Notes: generated from the sequence alone by a model not told the origin. A stretch of DNA of 64,000 nucleotides from Candidatus Nomurabacteria bacterium (GCA_943348815.1 CALQYT010000001.1:12488-76487); one strand, 5' to 3'. Shown: positions 24,953-34,243, counted from the stretch's first letter. Translations and numbers: made by a program.

Positions 24953-25963
24953 ATGTCAAGCGAGTCTGAGACCCCTCAAAACGCCACGAGTTTAGACTCT
25001 ACTTTGCGCCCCGCCTCGTGGGACGAGTACGTCGGCCAAGAGCCGATCAAAAATAACCTCAGCATCCTCATTTCGGCTGCCAAAGAGCGCGGCACCCCGC
25101 CCGAACACGTGCTTTTTTACGGCCCACCGGGGCTTGGCAAGACCACCCTGGCGCACCTAATTGCCCACGAGCTTGGTGGCACGCTCCGCTCAACCTCGGG
25201 CCCTGCAATCGAGAAAGTTGGCGACCTCGCGGCACTCCTCACCAACATGGGGCCAGGCGATATTTTGTTTATCGACGAGATCCACCGCCTACCGCGCGCG
25301 ATTGAGGAGGTCCTCTACCCTGCCATGGAGTCGGGGGTGCTTAATATCATCATTGGCAAAGGCCCGAGTGCGCGCACGATTGAGTTGCCACTGCCGCCAT
25401 TTACGTTGGTGGCCGCAACGACGCGTGTTGCCGAACTTTCGGCACCGCTGCGCTCGCGTTTTAGCGGCGGCACCTTCCGCTTGGAGTTTTATAGCCAACA
25501 AGACATTGAGCAGATCGTTAAACGCTCCGCTAAAATTTTAAAAGTGGAAATTGATAAAGCTGGTGTGCAAGAAATTGCCAAACGCAGCCGCGCCACACCG
25601 CGCACGGCTAATTATCTTCTTAAACGCGCGCGCGACGTCGCACAACTAAAGCGCGCTCCTCTTTCGGCAGCGTTGGTAGACGAAGCGCTCGCGATGCTCG
25701 AGGTAGACGCACTCGGCCTAACCCCCGTTGATCGCAAATTACTTGGCGTACTTATTGAGCGCTTTAATGGGGGGCCCGCAGGGTTAAGTGCGTTGGCGGC
25801 AGGACTGCAAGAAGAGCCCGCGACTATTTCGGAAGTGCACGAACCATTCCTCCTACAACTCGGGTTAATCGAGCGCACCTCCCGCGGCCGTGTGGCCACC
25901 AAAAAAGCCTACGAACATTTGGGTAAAAAAGTACCTAGTGATTTAAACGAAAAATTATTGTAA
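24953..25963 (+). CDS. ruvB: Holliday junction DNA helicase RuvB
   Basis: LFYGPPGLGKTTLAHLIAHELG, DEIHRL, and sensor motifs throughout. Confidence 0.9.
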   Translation: MSSESETPQNATSLDSTLRPASWDEYVGQEPIKNNLSILISAAKERGTPPEHVLFYGPPGLGKTTLAHLIAHELGGTLRSTSGPAIEKVGDLAALLTNMGPGDILFIDEIHRLPRAIEEVLYPAMESGVLNIIIGKGPSARTIELPLPPFTLVAATTRVAELSAPLRSRFSGGTFRLEFYSQQDIEQIVKRSAKILKVEIDKAGVQEIAKRSRATPRTANYLLKRARDVAQLKRAPLSAALVDEALAMLEVDALGLTPVDRKLLGVLIERFNGGPAGLSALAAGLQEEPATISEVHEPFLLQLGLIERTSRGRVATKKAYEHLGKKVPSDLNEKLL

Positions 25964-25972
25964 ATTCATTCT

Positions 25973-26497
25973 ATGGCAGGACACAGCAAGTGGGCAAAGC
26001 TTAAACATTACAAAGGCAAGACCGACGCACAAAAGGCCAAACTTTTTGGCAAGTTGGTGCGGATTATTGGCGTGGAGATTAAAAAGTCGAAGGGCGACAA
26101 AACCTCCCCCGGTGTGCGCGCCGCGGTAGAAAAAGCACGTGCGGCAAATATGCCAAACGACAATATTGAGCGCGCACTTTCTAAATCGGATGGGGCCGAA
26201 TTGGAGCAGGTACTCTACGAAGCCTATGGCCCCGGTGGTTGCGCGCTGATAATTGAGGGCTACACCGACTCGCGCAACCGCACCTCGCAAGAACTCAAAC
26301 ATCTTTTGAGTCTGCATGGCGGTAGTTTAGCCAACCCGGGCGCGGCGATGTGGGCATTTCAAAAAAATGCCGAAGGAAAATACGAACCGATGGTGCCGGT
26401 CGAGTTGTCTGACGAAGACGCACAAAAAATGGCTGAATTGAGCGATGCGCTCGAGGAACACGACGATGTGAGCGAAGTTTATTCCAGCGCAGCATAG
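25973..26497 (+). CDS. yebC: YebC/PmpR family DNA-binding regulator (short, 174 aa)
   Basis: MAGHSKWAKLKHYKGKTDAQKAKLFGKL... is a YebC N-terminal signature. C-terminus ends DDVSEVY. Shorter than the typical ~240 aa. Confidence 0.75.
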   Translation: MAGHSKWAKLKHYKGKTDAQKAKLFGKLVRIIGVEIKKSKGDKTSPGVRAAVEKARAANMPNDNIERALSKSDGAELEQVLYEAYGPGGCALIIEGYTDSRNRTSQELKHLLSLHGGSLANPGAAMWAFQKNAEGKYEPMVPVELSDEDAQKMAELSDALEEHDDVSEVYSSAA

Positions 26498-26506
26498 CCG
26501 ACGCTG

Positions 26507-26556
26507 GAAAGTATCAAGTAGCAAGTTTCAGGTATCAAACAAGTGGTAAAGTTTTA
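26507..26556. repeat. MITE-like element, left inverted-repeat arm
   Basis: gaaagtatcaagtagcaagtttcaggtatcaaacaagtggtaaagtttta is an imperfect inverted repeat of 26928..26991. Confidence 0.55.
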
Positions 26557-26559
26557 GGT

Positions 26560-26913
26560 GTGGAAGACACAAAACCCAGGAGTAATTTGGAAGAAAGGAC
26601 CGAACGCTTTGCGCGCGATATGCGTACTTTTGTAAAACAACTGCCACGAAACACCGCTAGTGTCGAAGACGGCACTCAGCTTATTCGTTCTTCCGGTTCT
26701 ATTGGAGCGAATTACATCGAGGCCCAGGAGGCGCTGAGCCGAAAAGATTTTGCCATGCGAATAAAAATCTCCCGCAAAGAAGCCAAAGAAAGCAAGTACT
26801 GGTTGAATCTACTCGAAGTGCCCGAGGCTCTCACCCATGAACACAAACGATTATTGGGAGAAGTTTCTGAGCTACTGAAGATTTTTAGCGCGATTGTACA
26901 AAAAGTGAGCTGA
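26560..26913 (+). CDS. four-helix-bundle protein (TIGR02436 / 23S rRNA intervening-sequence protein family)
   Basis: ...LIRSSGSIGANYIEAQEALSRKDFAMRIKISRKEAKESKYWLNLL... is the family signature. Inserted between yebC and ruvC, which are usually adjacent. Confidence 0.8.
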   Translation: MEDTKPRSNLEERTERFARDMRTFVKQLPRNTASVEDGTQLIRSSGSIGANYIEAQEALSRKDFAMRIKISRKEAKESKYWLNLLEVPEALTHEHKRLLGEVSELLKIFSAIVQKVS

Positions 26914-26927
26914 GTCTGAACTTAGAC

Positions 26928-26991
26928 CTTAAAATTTTGCTTACTTGATACCTGTTTGCTACTTGTCCCCTGATACTTGATACTTACCCGT
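26928..26991. repeat. MITE-like element, right inverted-repeat arm, ending at the ruvC ATG
   Basis: ttaaaattttgcttacttgatacctgtttgctacttgtcccctgatacttgatacttacccgt. The 3' end shares the ...CTTGATACTTGATACTTAnnCnTATG structure seen upstream of ruvA and rnpA. Confidence 0.55.
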
Positions 26992-27462
26992 ATGAGAGTA
27001 CTCGCCTTTGACCCCGGCTATGAGCGCCTGGGTGCCGCCGTATTAGAGAAAGAAAATGGAAAGGAAACCCTCCTGTTTTCAACCTGTATCCGCACGCTCG
27101 CCAAAGTGAGCTTTGAAGAGCGGTTAAAAAAGTTAGGGGGCGAGGCCGAAGCGCTGATAAAGGAGTGGCACCCCAACGCCGTAGCCCTTGAAGAAGTTTT
27201 TTTTGAAAAGAACGCTAAAACCGCTATGCAAGTGGCCGAGGTTCGCGGCGCCTTAATGTACATTGCGGCTGCACAAAACTTAAAAGTTCATCATTACACC
27301 CCCGGCGAGGTTAAGGTGGCCGTAACGGGTTATGGGGGTAGTGACAAGAAGGCCATCGCCGCGATGGTGCCCAAATTATTGCGTATTTCTCTAGGCAAAC
27401 GCCTTGACGACGAGCTCGATGCTATTGCCGTGGGGATTACTTGTCTTGCCAGCGTGCGCTAA
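26992..27462 (+). CDS. ruvC: crossover junction endodeoxyribonuclease RuvC
   Basis: MRVLAFDPGYERLGAAVLE... is a RuvC N-terminus; 156 aa. Confidence 0.85.
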   Translation: MRVLAFDPGYERLGAAVLEKENGKETLLFSTCIRTLAKVSFEERLKKLGGEAEALIKEWHPNAVALEEVFFEKNAKTAMQVAEVRGALMYIAAAQNLKVHHYTPGEVKVAVTGYGGSDKKAIAAMVPKLLRISLGKRLDDELDAIAVGITCLASVR

Positions 27463-27526
27463 GCCCGTTATAACTCTTTGTGTTACTTGAGGTAAAAAAA
27501 TAATTACTCAATAAAAAACACGAACC

Positions 27527-27685
27527 ATGCACGAGGAGTTTGAGGAAAAGGGGTTTTTGCTCGATGGAGACGAGGGCGAAGAAGGAGAGGAAGTAGGAAC
27601 TGAAGAGGGAGACAAAGAAGACGAAACTGAGGATACCGAAGAAACAAATTGGACCCCGGGCAACACTGAGGACGAGGAAGTTTAA
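27527..27685 (+). CDS. small highly acidic protein (52 aa), not in the ORF track
   Basis: Translates to MHEEFEEKGFLLDGDEGEEGEEVGTEEGDKEDETEDTEETNWTPGNTEDEEV. Preceded by an A-rich leader. Could be a chance ORF. Confidence 0.25.
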   Translation: MHEEFEEKGFLLDGDEGEEGEEVGTEEGDKEDETEDTEETNWTPGNTEDEEV

Positions 27686-28854
27686 TCAGTTTTTATAAAA
27701 CGATGTTTTCCGATACGGATGACATCGTTTTGTATTTCGGCATCGATACTCTCGATTTTTTTACCGCTCACTACCGAAGAGACCGCACCTTGTTCTACCA
27801 AACGGCGCAGCTCGCTCGTTGAAATATCTTTTACAATATCGCGCAGCTTGCCGCGCGCAACCGTTGGCAAATCTTGCGGCACACCGCCTTGGCTAAACGT
27901 CTGCGTCCAATCGTCTTCGGCTTTCGCGGCCGCGTCTTTGTGGTGGTACCTGCCGACAATCTCCCGAGCCAAACGCATTTTTGCTTCTTTGGGGTGGCCT
28001 GCGACTATTTGTTCAACCTCGCTCATGGGTACGCGCGTGCAAAGCTCAAAGTACGTACGCACTTGCTCGTCGGCCATACTCATTACTTTGCCGTACATAT
28101 TTGAGGGTGTTGCGGTCAGGTTAATGACATTGCCCTTGCTCGAGCTCATCTTGGTGCCATCAAGCCCGTCGATAAGCGGGTTGAGCACAACATTCTGCGG
28201 CTCTTGCCCAAAATGCTCTTGCATCGGCCGACCAGCAAGCACATTAAACTTTTGGTCCATGCCACCCAACTCAACATCGGCTTTAATGGCCACGCTGTCG
28301 TAGCCTTGCATCAAGGGGTAGAGGAGTTCGCGCAACGAAACGCGCTTCCCTGCCTCAAGACGGCGGGCAATATTGTCGCGCGCAATAAAATCGGCAACCG
28401 AAAAGAGGTCCGCATGCTCCCCTATCTGCCGGTAGTTAAGAGGTTTGAGCCACTCGCTGTTGTAACGCATCTCAATTTTAGAGAGATCCAATAGTTTGCC
28501 CGCCTGGTCGAAGTAATGTTTTTTGTTTTTCTCAATTATTTCCTGCTCGAGCATCGGCCTCTCGGCGTCTTTGTCGGACGTATCGCCGATGACTGCCGTA
28601 AAATCTCCCACAATCAATACTATTTGATGTCCCAATTCTTGAAAGTCGCGTAACTTAAGCAATGGTATAGAGCGTCCAATGTGTAGGTCGGGCGAGGTAG
28701 GATCGATACCCAGTTTTATACGCAATTGCTTACCCGAAAGCAGCTTTTTGCGCAGCTCATCCTTAACGATCACTTCAGTCACTCCGCGTGTTAATACGGC
28801 ATCGACGGCAGCGGGATCGGTATTGATTTTAGGCGCGCTGGAAAAAAGCCTCAT
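27682..28854 (-). CDS. tyrS: tyrosine--tRNA ligase
   Basis: HIGH-class motif (DPTSPDLHIGRS), KMSSS motif (KMSSSKG), and C-terminal S4-like domain. Confidence 0.85.
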   Translation of the reverse strand: MRLFSSAPKINTDPAAVDAVLTRGVTEVIVKDELRKKLLSGKQLRIKLGIDPTSPDLHIGRSIPLLKLRDFQELGHQIVLIVGDFTAVIGDTSDKDAERPMLEQEIIEKNKKHYFDQAGKLLDLSKIEMRYNSEWLKPLNYRQIGEHADLFSVADFIARDNIARRLEAGKRVSLRELLYPLMQGYDSVAIKADVELGGMDQKFNVLAGRPMQEHFGQEPQNVVLNPLIDGLDGTKMSSSKGNVINLTATPSNMYGKVMSMADEQVRTYFELCTRVPMSEVEQIVAGHPKEAKMRLAREIVGRYHHKDAAAKAEDDWTQTFSQGGVPQDLPTVARGKLRDIVKDISTSELRRLVEQGAVSSVVSGKKIESIDAEIQNDVIRIGKHRFIKTD

Positions 28855-28877
28855 AGGTTTGTTATATACTACTACTC

Positions 28878-31178
28878 ATGCCTGAGTTTGTCCTCCGTCT
28901 GCAGCGGGAGCTGCGACGCCTCCTAAAACGACTCGACCCGGTGTTTACCGAGGTCGACCGCCGCTTTATGCGCGGAGCGCGCTTTGCCTACAAACACTGG
29001 AAGCTCTTGTTTGTGTGGGGACTTTCGGCCTGCTTCTTTGTAGGCGGACTCACGCTCTTGTGGGCCGCAACGCTCCAGCTGCCCGACCTCTCGGCGCTCG
29101 AGAGCCGCAAGATCGAGCAGTCGGTCAAAATTTATGACCGCACCAGCCAAGTGTTGCTGTACGACCTGCACGACAAAATGCAGCGTACGGTGGTACCGCT
29201 TGCCAATATTTCGCCTAACTTACAGCAAGCAGTAATCGCGATCGAAGATCCGGAGTTTTATACGCACAAAGGGATTAAGCCGACGGCAATTTTGCGCGCG
29301 ATCTTTACGAACCTCACCCAGGGCGACCTACTCTCCGGACAAGGCGGCTCTACCATAACACAGCAAGTTATTAAACTCACCGTACTCACGACCGACAAAA
29401 CCATTACCCGCAAACTCAAAGAGTGGGTGTTGGCGCTCAAAATAGAGCGCGCACTCACCAAAGATCAAATTCTTGAGATCTATCTCAATCAAGTACCGTT
29501 TGGCGGGCAGCTCTACGGGGTAGAAGAAGCGTCGATGACCTTCTTTGGCAAACACGCTTCGGACCTCTCCGTGCCCGAAGCAGCGTACATGGCGGCCGTG
29601 TTACCCGCACCCACGCGCCTTTCGCCCTATGGCACCCACCTCGATCAACTCACGGCGCGCAAAAACTTGGTGCTCGACAAAATGTTTGAGCATGGCTACA
29701 TCACTGCTGATGAGCGCGACCAATACAAAGCGGCGACGGTGGCATTTTTGCCGCAGCGCGACACCGCAATACAAGCTCCGCACTTTGTCTTTTATGTACG
29801 ACAATATTTGGAAGACAAGTATGGCAGCGATGCCCTGACGGAGAGTGGTTGGCGTGTGACGACTACCCTTGATGCCGACCTACAGGCGCACGCCGAGGAG
29901 ATAGTTAACCGCAACGCACTTGCGAATGTTGCTAAATTTAACGCCTCCAACATGGCGCTCGTCGCGGTCGACCCGCAAACCGGCGGCATACTCACCATGG
30001 TCGGTTCGCGCAACTACTTTGATACCGACATCCCGGGCGCTTACAACGTCGCCACCATGGCACCCGGCCGCCAACCAGGCTCGGCGTTTAAACCCTTTGT
30101 CTACGCACAAGCGTTTGCCGAGGGTTACACGCCGAGCACTATTTTGTTTGATATGCGCACACAGTTTTCTACTAATTGCGGCGCTACCGACATTACCAAT
30201 GACACCCCACCCTGCTACTCGCCGGTTAACTACGACGGCAAATTCCGCGGCCCCATGACCCTGCGTGATGCACTCGCGCAATCAATCAACATTCCTGCCG
30301 TTAAATTACTTTATTTGGTTGGCATCAACGACGCGCTTAAGTTAGCTAAATCGCTGGGCATCAATACCCTCACCAACCCCGCTCAATACGGACTCACGTT
30401 GGTGCTCGGCGGTGGCGAAGTAACGCCGCTCGATATGACGAGCGCCTACGCCGTGTTTGCCGACGACGGTATCCAGTATGACCCAACGCCAATACTCAAA
30501 ATTGAAGACGCACAGGGAAACTTGATTGAAGATAATACCGAGCGCGGCGGCAATCAAGTACTCGACCCGAGTGTTGCCGAAAAAATTAACGATGTGCTTT
30601 CCGACTCGGTCGCACGCGCACCGCTGGGCGAGAATGATCTCTTTACCTTCCCTGGTCGGGACGTGGCGGTTAAAACCGGTACCACGAACGACTTCCGCGA
30701 CGCCTGGACCGTTGGCTACACCCCCAACCTGGCGGTGGGTATTTGGGCCGGAAATAACGACAACACGCCAATGCAAAAGAAGGTCTCGGGCTTTATTGTA
30801 GGGCCCGCATGGAGCGAGTTTATGCGCTACGCGCTCAGCAAACTACCCCCAGCGTCGTTTACTCGTGCCGAGTATACTCCCGCCGACAAACCGGTGCTAA
30901 ACGGCAACTGGCAGGTACCCGGCGCCGATGGCTTGGTGCACGAAATCCTCTACTGGGTCAGCAAGGGCGACCCAACCGGGCCGCAACCCACCAACCCCGG
31001 TGCAGACCCGCAGTTTGAGCGCTGGGATGCCCCAGTACGCGCCGTGTACGGCAACTATGGAGTGCAGCAGCAACCGGCCTACCAAAACCCCGGCCAGGCA
31101 CCCTACCAGGCCCCCCAACAACCGCAGTATCAAAACCCTTATGGTGGGTCGGTAATCCCAACCGTACCGGGACAGTAA
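28878..31178 (+). CDS. class A penicillin-binding protein (transglycosylase + transpeptidase, PBP1A family)
   Basis: GT51 motif AVIAIEDPEFYTHKGI, transpeptidase motifs SAFKPF (SxxK) and KTGTT. Ends in a Pro/Gln/Tyr-rich tail ...QQPAYQNPGQAPYQAPQQPQYQNPYGG. Confidence 0.85.
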   Translation: MPEFVLRLQRELRRLLKRLDPVFTEVDRRFMRGARFAYKHWKLLFVWGLSACFFVGGLTLLWAATLQLPDLSALESRKIEQSVKIYDRTSQVLLYDLHDKMQRTVVPLANISPNLQQAVIAIEDPEFYTHKGIKPTAILRAIFTNLTQGDLLSGQGGSTITQQVIKLTVLTTDKTITRKLKEWVLALKIERALTKDQILEIYLNQVPFGGQLYGVEEASMTFFGKHASDLSVPEAAYMAAVLPAPTRLSPYGTHLDQLTARKNLVLDKMFEHGYITADERDQYKAATVAFLPQRDTAIQAPHFVFYVRQYLEDKYGSDALTESGWRVTTTLDADLQAHAEEIVNRNALANVAKFNASNMALVAVDPQTGGILTMVGSRNYFDTDIPGAYNVATMAPGRQPGSAFKPFVYAQAFAEGYTPSTILFDMRTQFSTNCGATDITNDTPPCYSPVNYDGKFRGPMTLRDALAQSINIPAVKLLYLVGINDALKLAKSLGINTLTNPAQYGLTLVLGGGEVTPLDMTSAYAVFADDGIQYDPTPILKIEDAQGNLIEDNTERGGNQVLDPSVAEKINDVLSDSVARAPLGENDLFTFPGRDVAVKTGTTNDFRDAWTVGYTPNLAVGIWAGNNDNTPMQKKVSGFIVGPAWSEFMRYALSKLPPASFTRAEYTPADKPVLNGNWQVPGADGLVHEILYWVSKGDPTGPQPTNPGADPQFERWDAPVRAVYGNYGVQQQPAYQNPGQAPYQAPQQPQYQNPYGGSVIPTVPGQ

Positions 31179-31180
31179 AT

Positions 31181-31351
31181 TTAAAAGCGTTGGCTGAGTT
31201 GGTAACCAAACCAAATTCCTACAAACGCACCTACCGCGCCCAACAGAAGCGAAACGAAAGAAAAAGGACTATCTCCCCACAAAGTTGGAATATACCCGCC
31301 GATCGTCGAGCCAAGAAACACCCCAACCCAAATAAAAGTTTTTGAGTTCAT
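31181..31351 (-). CDS. small membrane protein (56 aa), not in the ORF track
   Basis: Minus-strand ATG at 31351. Translates to MNSKTFIWVGVFLGSTIGGYIPTLWGDSPFSFVSLLLGAVGAFVGIWFGYQLSQRF, with two glycine-zipper TM helices. Confidence 0.35.
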   Translation of the reverse strand: MNSKTFIWVGVFLGSTIGGYIPTLWGDSPFSFVSLLLGAVGAFVGIWFGYQLSQRF

Positions 31352-31356
31352 GGAAA

Positions 31357-31569
31357 CTATTCTTTTTCTCTAGAAAAGTATTTCCAAACACTCACCATTT
31401 GTTCGCCACGAGCTATTACTCCTGAAAATTTCAACAACAAAAATCCCACCACAGCGATTACCGCTCCTACTAATCTGTATTGAAAAAGCCAAGCAATAAA
31501 AATCCCTCCTATTCCAAATATGGTGCCTAACCAAAAAGCACCCCATCGAACTTTTGAGGAAAATTGCAT
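31357..31569 (-). CDS. small membrane protein (70 aa)
   Basis: MQFSSKVRWGAFWLGTIFGIGGIFIAWLF...VGAVIAVVGFLLL has two TM helices and sits adjacent to the other small membrane ORF. Confidence 0.4.
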   Translation of the reverse strand: MQFSSKVRWGAFWLGTIFGIGGIFIAWLFQYRLVGAVIAVVGFLLLKFSGVIARGEQMVSVWKYFSREKE

Positions 31570-31583
31570 GTAAATACTATACC

Positions 31584-32681
31584 CTACCGATTCATCGGCA
31601 TCGCCAAATACAAGAAAGAGTCGTCGCTTGCGTCCTTGATAAGCATGGCTTTGCCGGGGCCGTTGGAGTGGAGGCGCACTGAGTCGCCTTGTACCGACTG
31701 CAAACTGTCGGCCAAGTAGCGGCCGTTGAAGGATACGGCTACCGAGTCCCCTTCAGCTGAGGCTTTGACGGTCGAAACTTGCTCGCCTACATCAGGGTTG
31801 CGCGAGGAGAGAAACAGTGATTTTTTAGCCGGCTCTATCGAAAGCGAAACTTGCGCAAATTTGTCAGCAAAAACCGAAAGTGATTTGAGTGCGACCGCCA
31901 TATCCTCACGCAACACCACCGCCTCGGTGGTAAACGTTTTGGGGAGTATTTGGCGGTAATTAGGAAAGGCACCGTCGAGTAAGCGGCTCGTGTAATACAC
32001 CCCATCGAGTTGTGTGGAGAGTTGGTTGTCGTTGTAATAAAACTCAACGTCGCCTGAAATCTCCTCGAGTAGCCGCACCAACTCCGCCGCGTTGCGCGCC
32101 GGTAACAACATTTCCGGCACGGTGCCGCCCTGACGCAACGGGACGGTCTTTTCGGCAAGGCGGAAAGAGTCGGTCGCTACCGCGGTAAGTTTGCCACCCT
32201 CCCCGTAGAGCAAAACACTCTGGAGTTCGGGCTTGATGGCTGAGAGCGACGCGCAGTAGGCCACCGATCGTATCGCACGCGAAAGGTCGGCACTCTTGGC
32301 ACTAAATGAGTGTTCGGCTGAAACCCGCGGCAAAATAGGAAAGTCTTCGTTGGGAATTGTTTTGATTGAGGCGTGAGCGCGCTCGCATTCAAGTTTTAAA
32401 ACTTCCCCCGTCAAAACTCCGGTAACCATTTTTCCGCGCGCATTACCCAAAAATCCTGCAAAGGTTGCCGCGGGTACCGCCACGGTTCCCTCAGAAGTTA
32501 CTTTAGCTTGTAGCACCAACTCAACCCCACACTCAAGATTGGTGGCCCGTAAAACCAACCGTCCTCCTTCAGCGGTAATAAGTACACACGCCAACACTGG
32601 AAGGTTTGTACGACGCTCAGCAAAACGGTTTGCTGCCGCTGCTGCATTTTGGAGTGTGGTGAGTGTGGTTTCAAATTTCAT
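31584..32681 (-). CDS. dnaN: DNA polymerase III beta subunit (sliding clamp)
   Basis: MKFETTLTTLQNAAAAANRFAERRTNLPVLACVLI... is a DnaN N-terminus; three-domain length of 365 aa. Confidence 0.9.
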   Translation of the reverse strand: MKFETTLTTLQNAAAAANRFAERRTNLPVLACVLITAEGGRLVLRATNLECGVELVLQAKVTSEGTVAVPAATFAGFLGNARGKMVTGVLTGEVLKLECERAHASIKTIPNEDFPILPRVSAEHSFSAKSADLSRAIRSVAYCASLSAIKPELQSVLLYGEGGKLTAVATDSFRLAEKTVPLRQGGTVPEMLLPARNAAELVRLLEEISGDVEFYYNDNQLSTQLDGVYYTSRLLDGAFPNYRQILPKTFTTEAVVLREDMAVALKSLSVFADKFAQVSLSIEPAKKSLFLSSRNPDVGEQVSTVKASAEGDSVAVSFNGRYLADSLQSVQGDSVRLHSNGPGKAMLIKDASDDSFLYLAMPMNR

Positions 32682-32802
32682 AACTACTCTTATATAAGAC
32701 TATTACTACTATGAGGGCTGTGGATTGGGGAAAAGGTTATTTTATCTTTATTTTGCATACTGGTTTCGGGAAGGTGTTATACACACTACTGTGGGTAAGA
32801 AT
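32682..32802. promoter_or_regulatory. candidate oriC segment (dnaA-dnaN intergenic): AT-rich tract with DnaA-box-like 9-mers
   Basis: TGTGGATTG at 32719..32727, TTATACACA at 32777..32785, and TGTGGGTAA at 32790..32798 each differ by one base from TTATCCACA/TGTGGATAA. An AT-rich tract ttattttatctttattttg lies between them. Confidence 0.4.
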
Positions 32803-34140
32803 TTATTTCAACATCAGTCGGATCTGGTGTAGCTCGTTATTCAACAGGCTATCCACACGAAGATCATTCTTTATTTTGTCGCAGGAGTGGATAACGGTGG
32901 TGTGGTCGCGCCCCCCCAGTTTTTCACCAATAGTGGGGAAGGAAATCCGAAAATCTTCACGCAACAAAAACATAATCACCTGCCGCGGACGCACCACTTC
33001 TTTGCGGCGGGTTTTTTCGTAGATACTCCCCTCCTCTACGCCATAAAAGTTAGCGATCGTTTTAACCACCTCTTGGATAGAGACTGCTTTCTTAGTGGTC
33101 CCTGCACCACGCAGGAGCGTCTTGGCGTCGTTAATAGTGAGTGGTTGACCCCGCATCTCAAACTGGATCATCAATGTGTTGAGTGCCCCTTCCAATTCGC
33201 GTACATTGCCTTCGATAGTTGAGGCGAGGTACTCGAGCACTTCGTCGGCAAGAATAAAATTATGCGCTGAAGCTTTGGTGCGTATGATGGCGAGTCTTGA
33301 TTGATGATCAGGTGGGGTGACCGACACAATCATCCCCGCACTAAAACGACTTTTAAGACGGTCTTCGAGATTTTGGATGACGTTGGGGTGTTGATCGGAA
33401 GAAAATATCAACTGTTTGTTGCTGTCGTGCAGATAATTAAATAGGTGGAAGAATTCTTCTTTAATTTTGTCGCGCCCGGCCAAAAACTGCACGTCGTCCA
33501 TAATGAGCAGGTCATACTGGCGGTATTTTTCTTTAAAACTCTGGACCTTCCCCGCTTGCAGCGACGAGACATAATCCATCGAAAATTTTTCTGAAGTGAC
33601 ATAAAACACTTTGCGGTCCGGCGCGCTCATACGAAAGTGGTTGCCGATGGCCTGAATGAGATGCGTTTTGCCCAAACCAGTAGGACCGTAAACCAAGAGT
33701 GGGTTGTAGGCCACACCCGGTTTGCGCACTACCGCTTGTGCAGCCGCGTGAGCGAGCTCGTTAAAGGGTCCCACTACAAACGAACTAAAGGTAAACCGAG
33801 GGTTGAGGTTGCTTTTTTGGTGGACGGCCTCAAGCGGAAGTTCGGTTGGCGGGGGCGGCACCTGGCGCGCCTCGTCAGAAGAGCGTTTGGGGCCGCGCGA
33901 GATTACATATTCGACCGTTCGTACACTATCGGAGAGCATACGGAGCGAGCGGAGTATGTCTTTGTGGAACTTAGTAGAAAGCCAGTCGCGGGCAAACTGT
34001 GAGGGGACTCCCAAGTAGACCGTGCCGTCCTCGACCCGCACAATATGAGTGTCTTTAAACCACGTATTGAAGTTGGGTTTGGAGATACTCAGTTCGAGTT
34101 CTACCAGCGCATTTTCCCAAAGTTCTTTCGTGGTTGTCAT
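32803..34140 (-). CDS. dnaA: chromosomal replication initiator DnaA
   Basis: N-terminus ...LWENALVELELSIS..., AAA+ region LLVYGPTGLGKTHL, and C-terminal DNA-binding domain (...FGGRDHTTVIHSCDKI...). Confidence 0.9.
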   Translation of the reverse strand: MTTTKELWENALVELELSISKPNFNTWFKDTHIVRVEDGTVYLGVPSQFARDWLSTKFHKDILRSLRMLSDSVRTVEYVISRGPKRSSDEARQVPPPPTELPLEAVHQKSNLNPRFTFSSFVVGPFNELAHAAAQAVVRKPGVAYNPLLVYGPTGLGKTHLIQAIGNHFRMSAPDRKVFYVTSEKFSMDYVSSLQAGKVQSFKEKYRQYDLLIMDDVQFLAGRDKIKEEFFHLFNYLHDSNKQLIFSSDQHPNVIQNLEDRLKSRFSAGMIVSVTPPDHQSRLAIIRTKASAHNFILADEVLEYLASTIEGNVRELEGALNTLMIQFEMRGQPLTINDAKTLLRGAGTTKKAVSIQEVVKTIANFYGVEEGSIYEKTRRKEVVRPRQVIMFLLREDFRISFPTIGEKLGGRDHTTVIHSCDKIKNDLRVDSLLNNELHQIRLMLK

Positions 34141-34243
34141 AGCGTAGCCACATCAGGATACGCGAGCTGACCTCTGGCGTCAAAAATGTCCCTTTTGTGT
34201 ACAAGTTGTGGAAAACAGGTGGATATCGTATGATTGACAGCGC

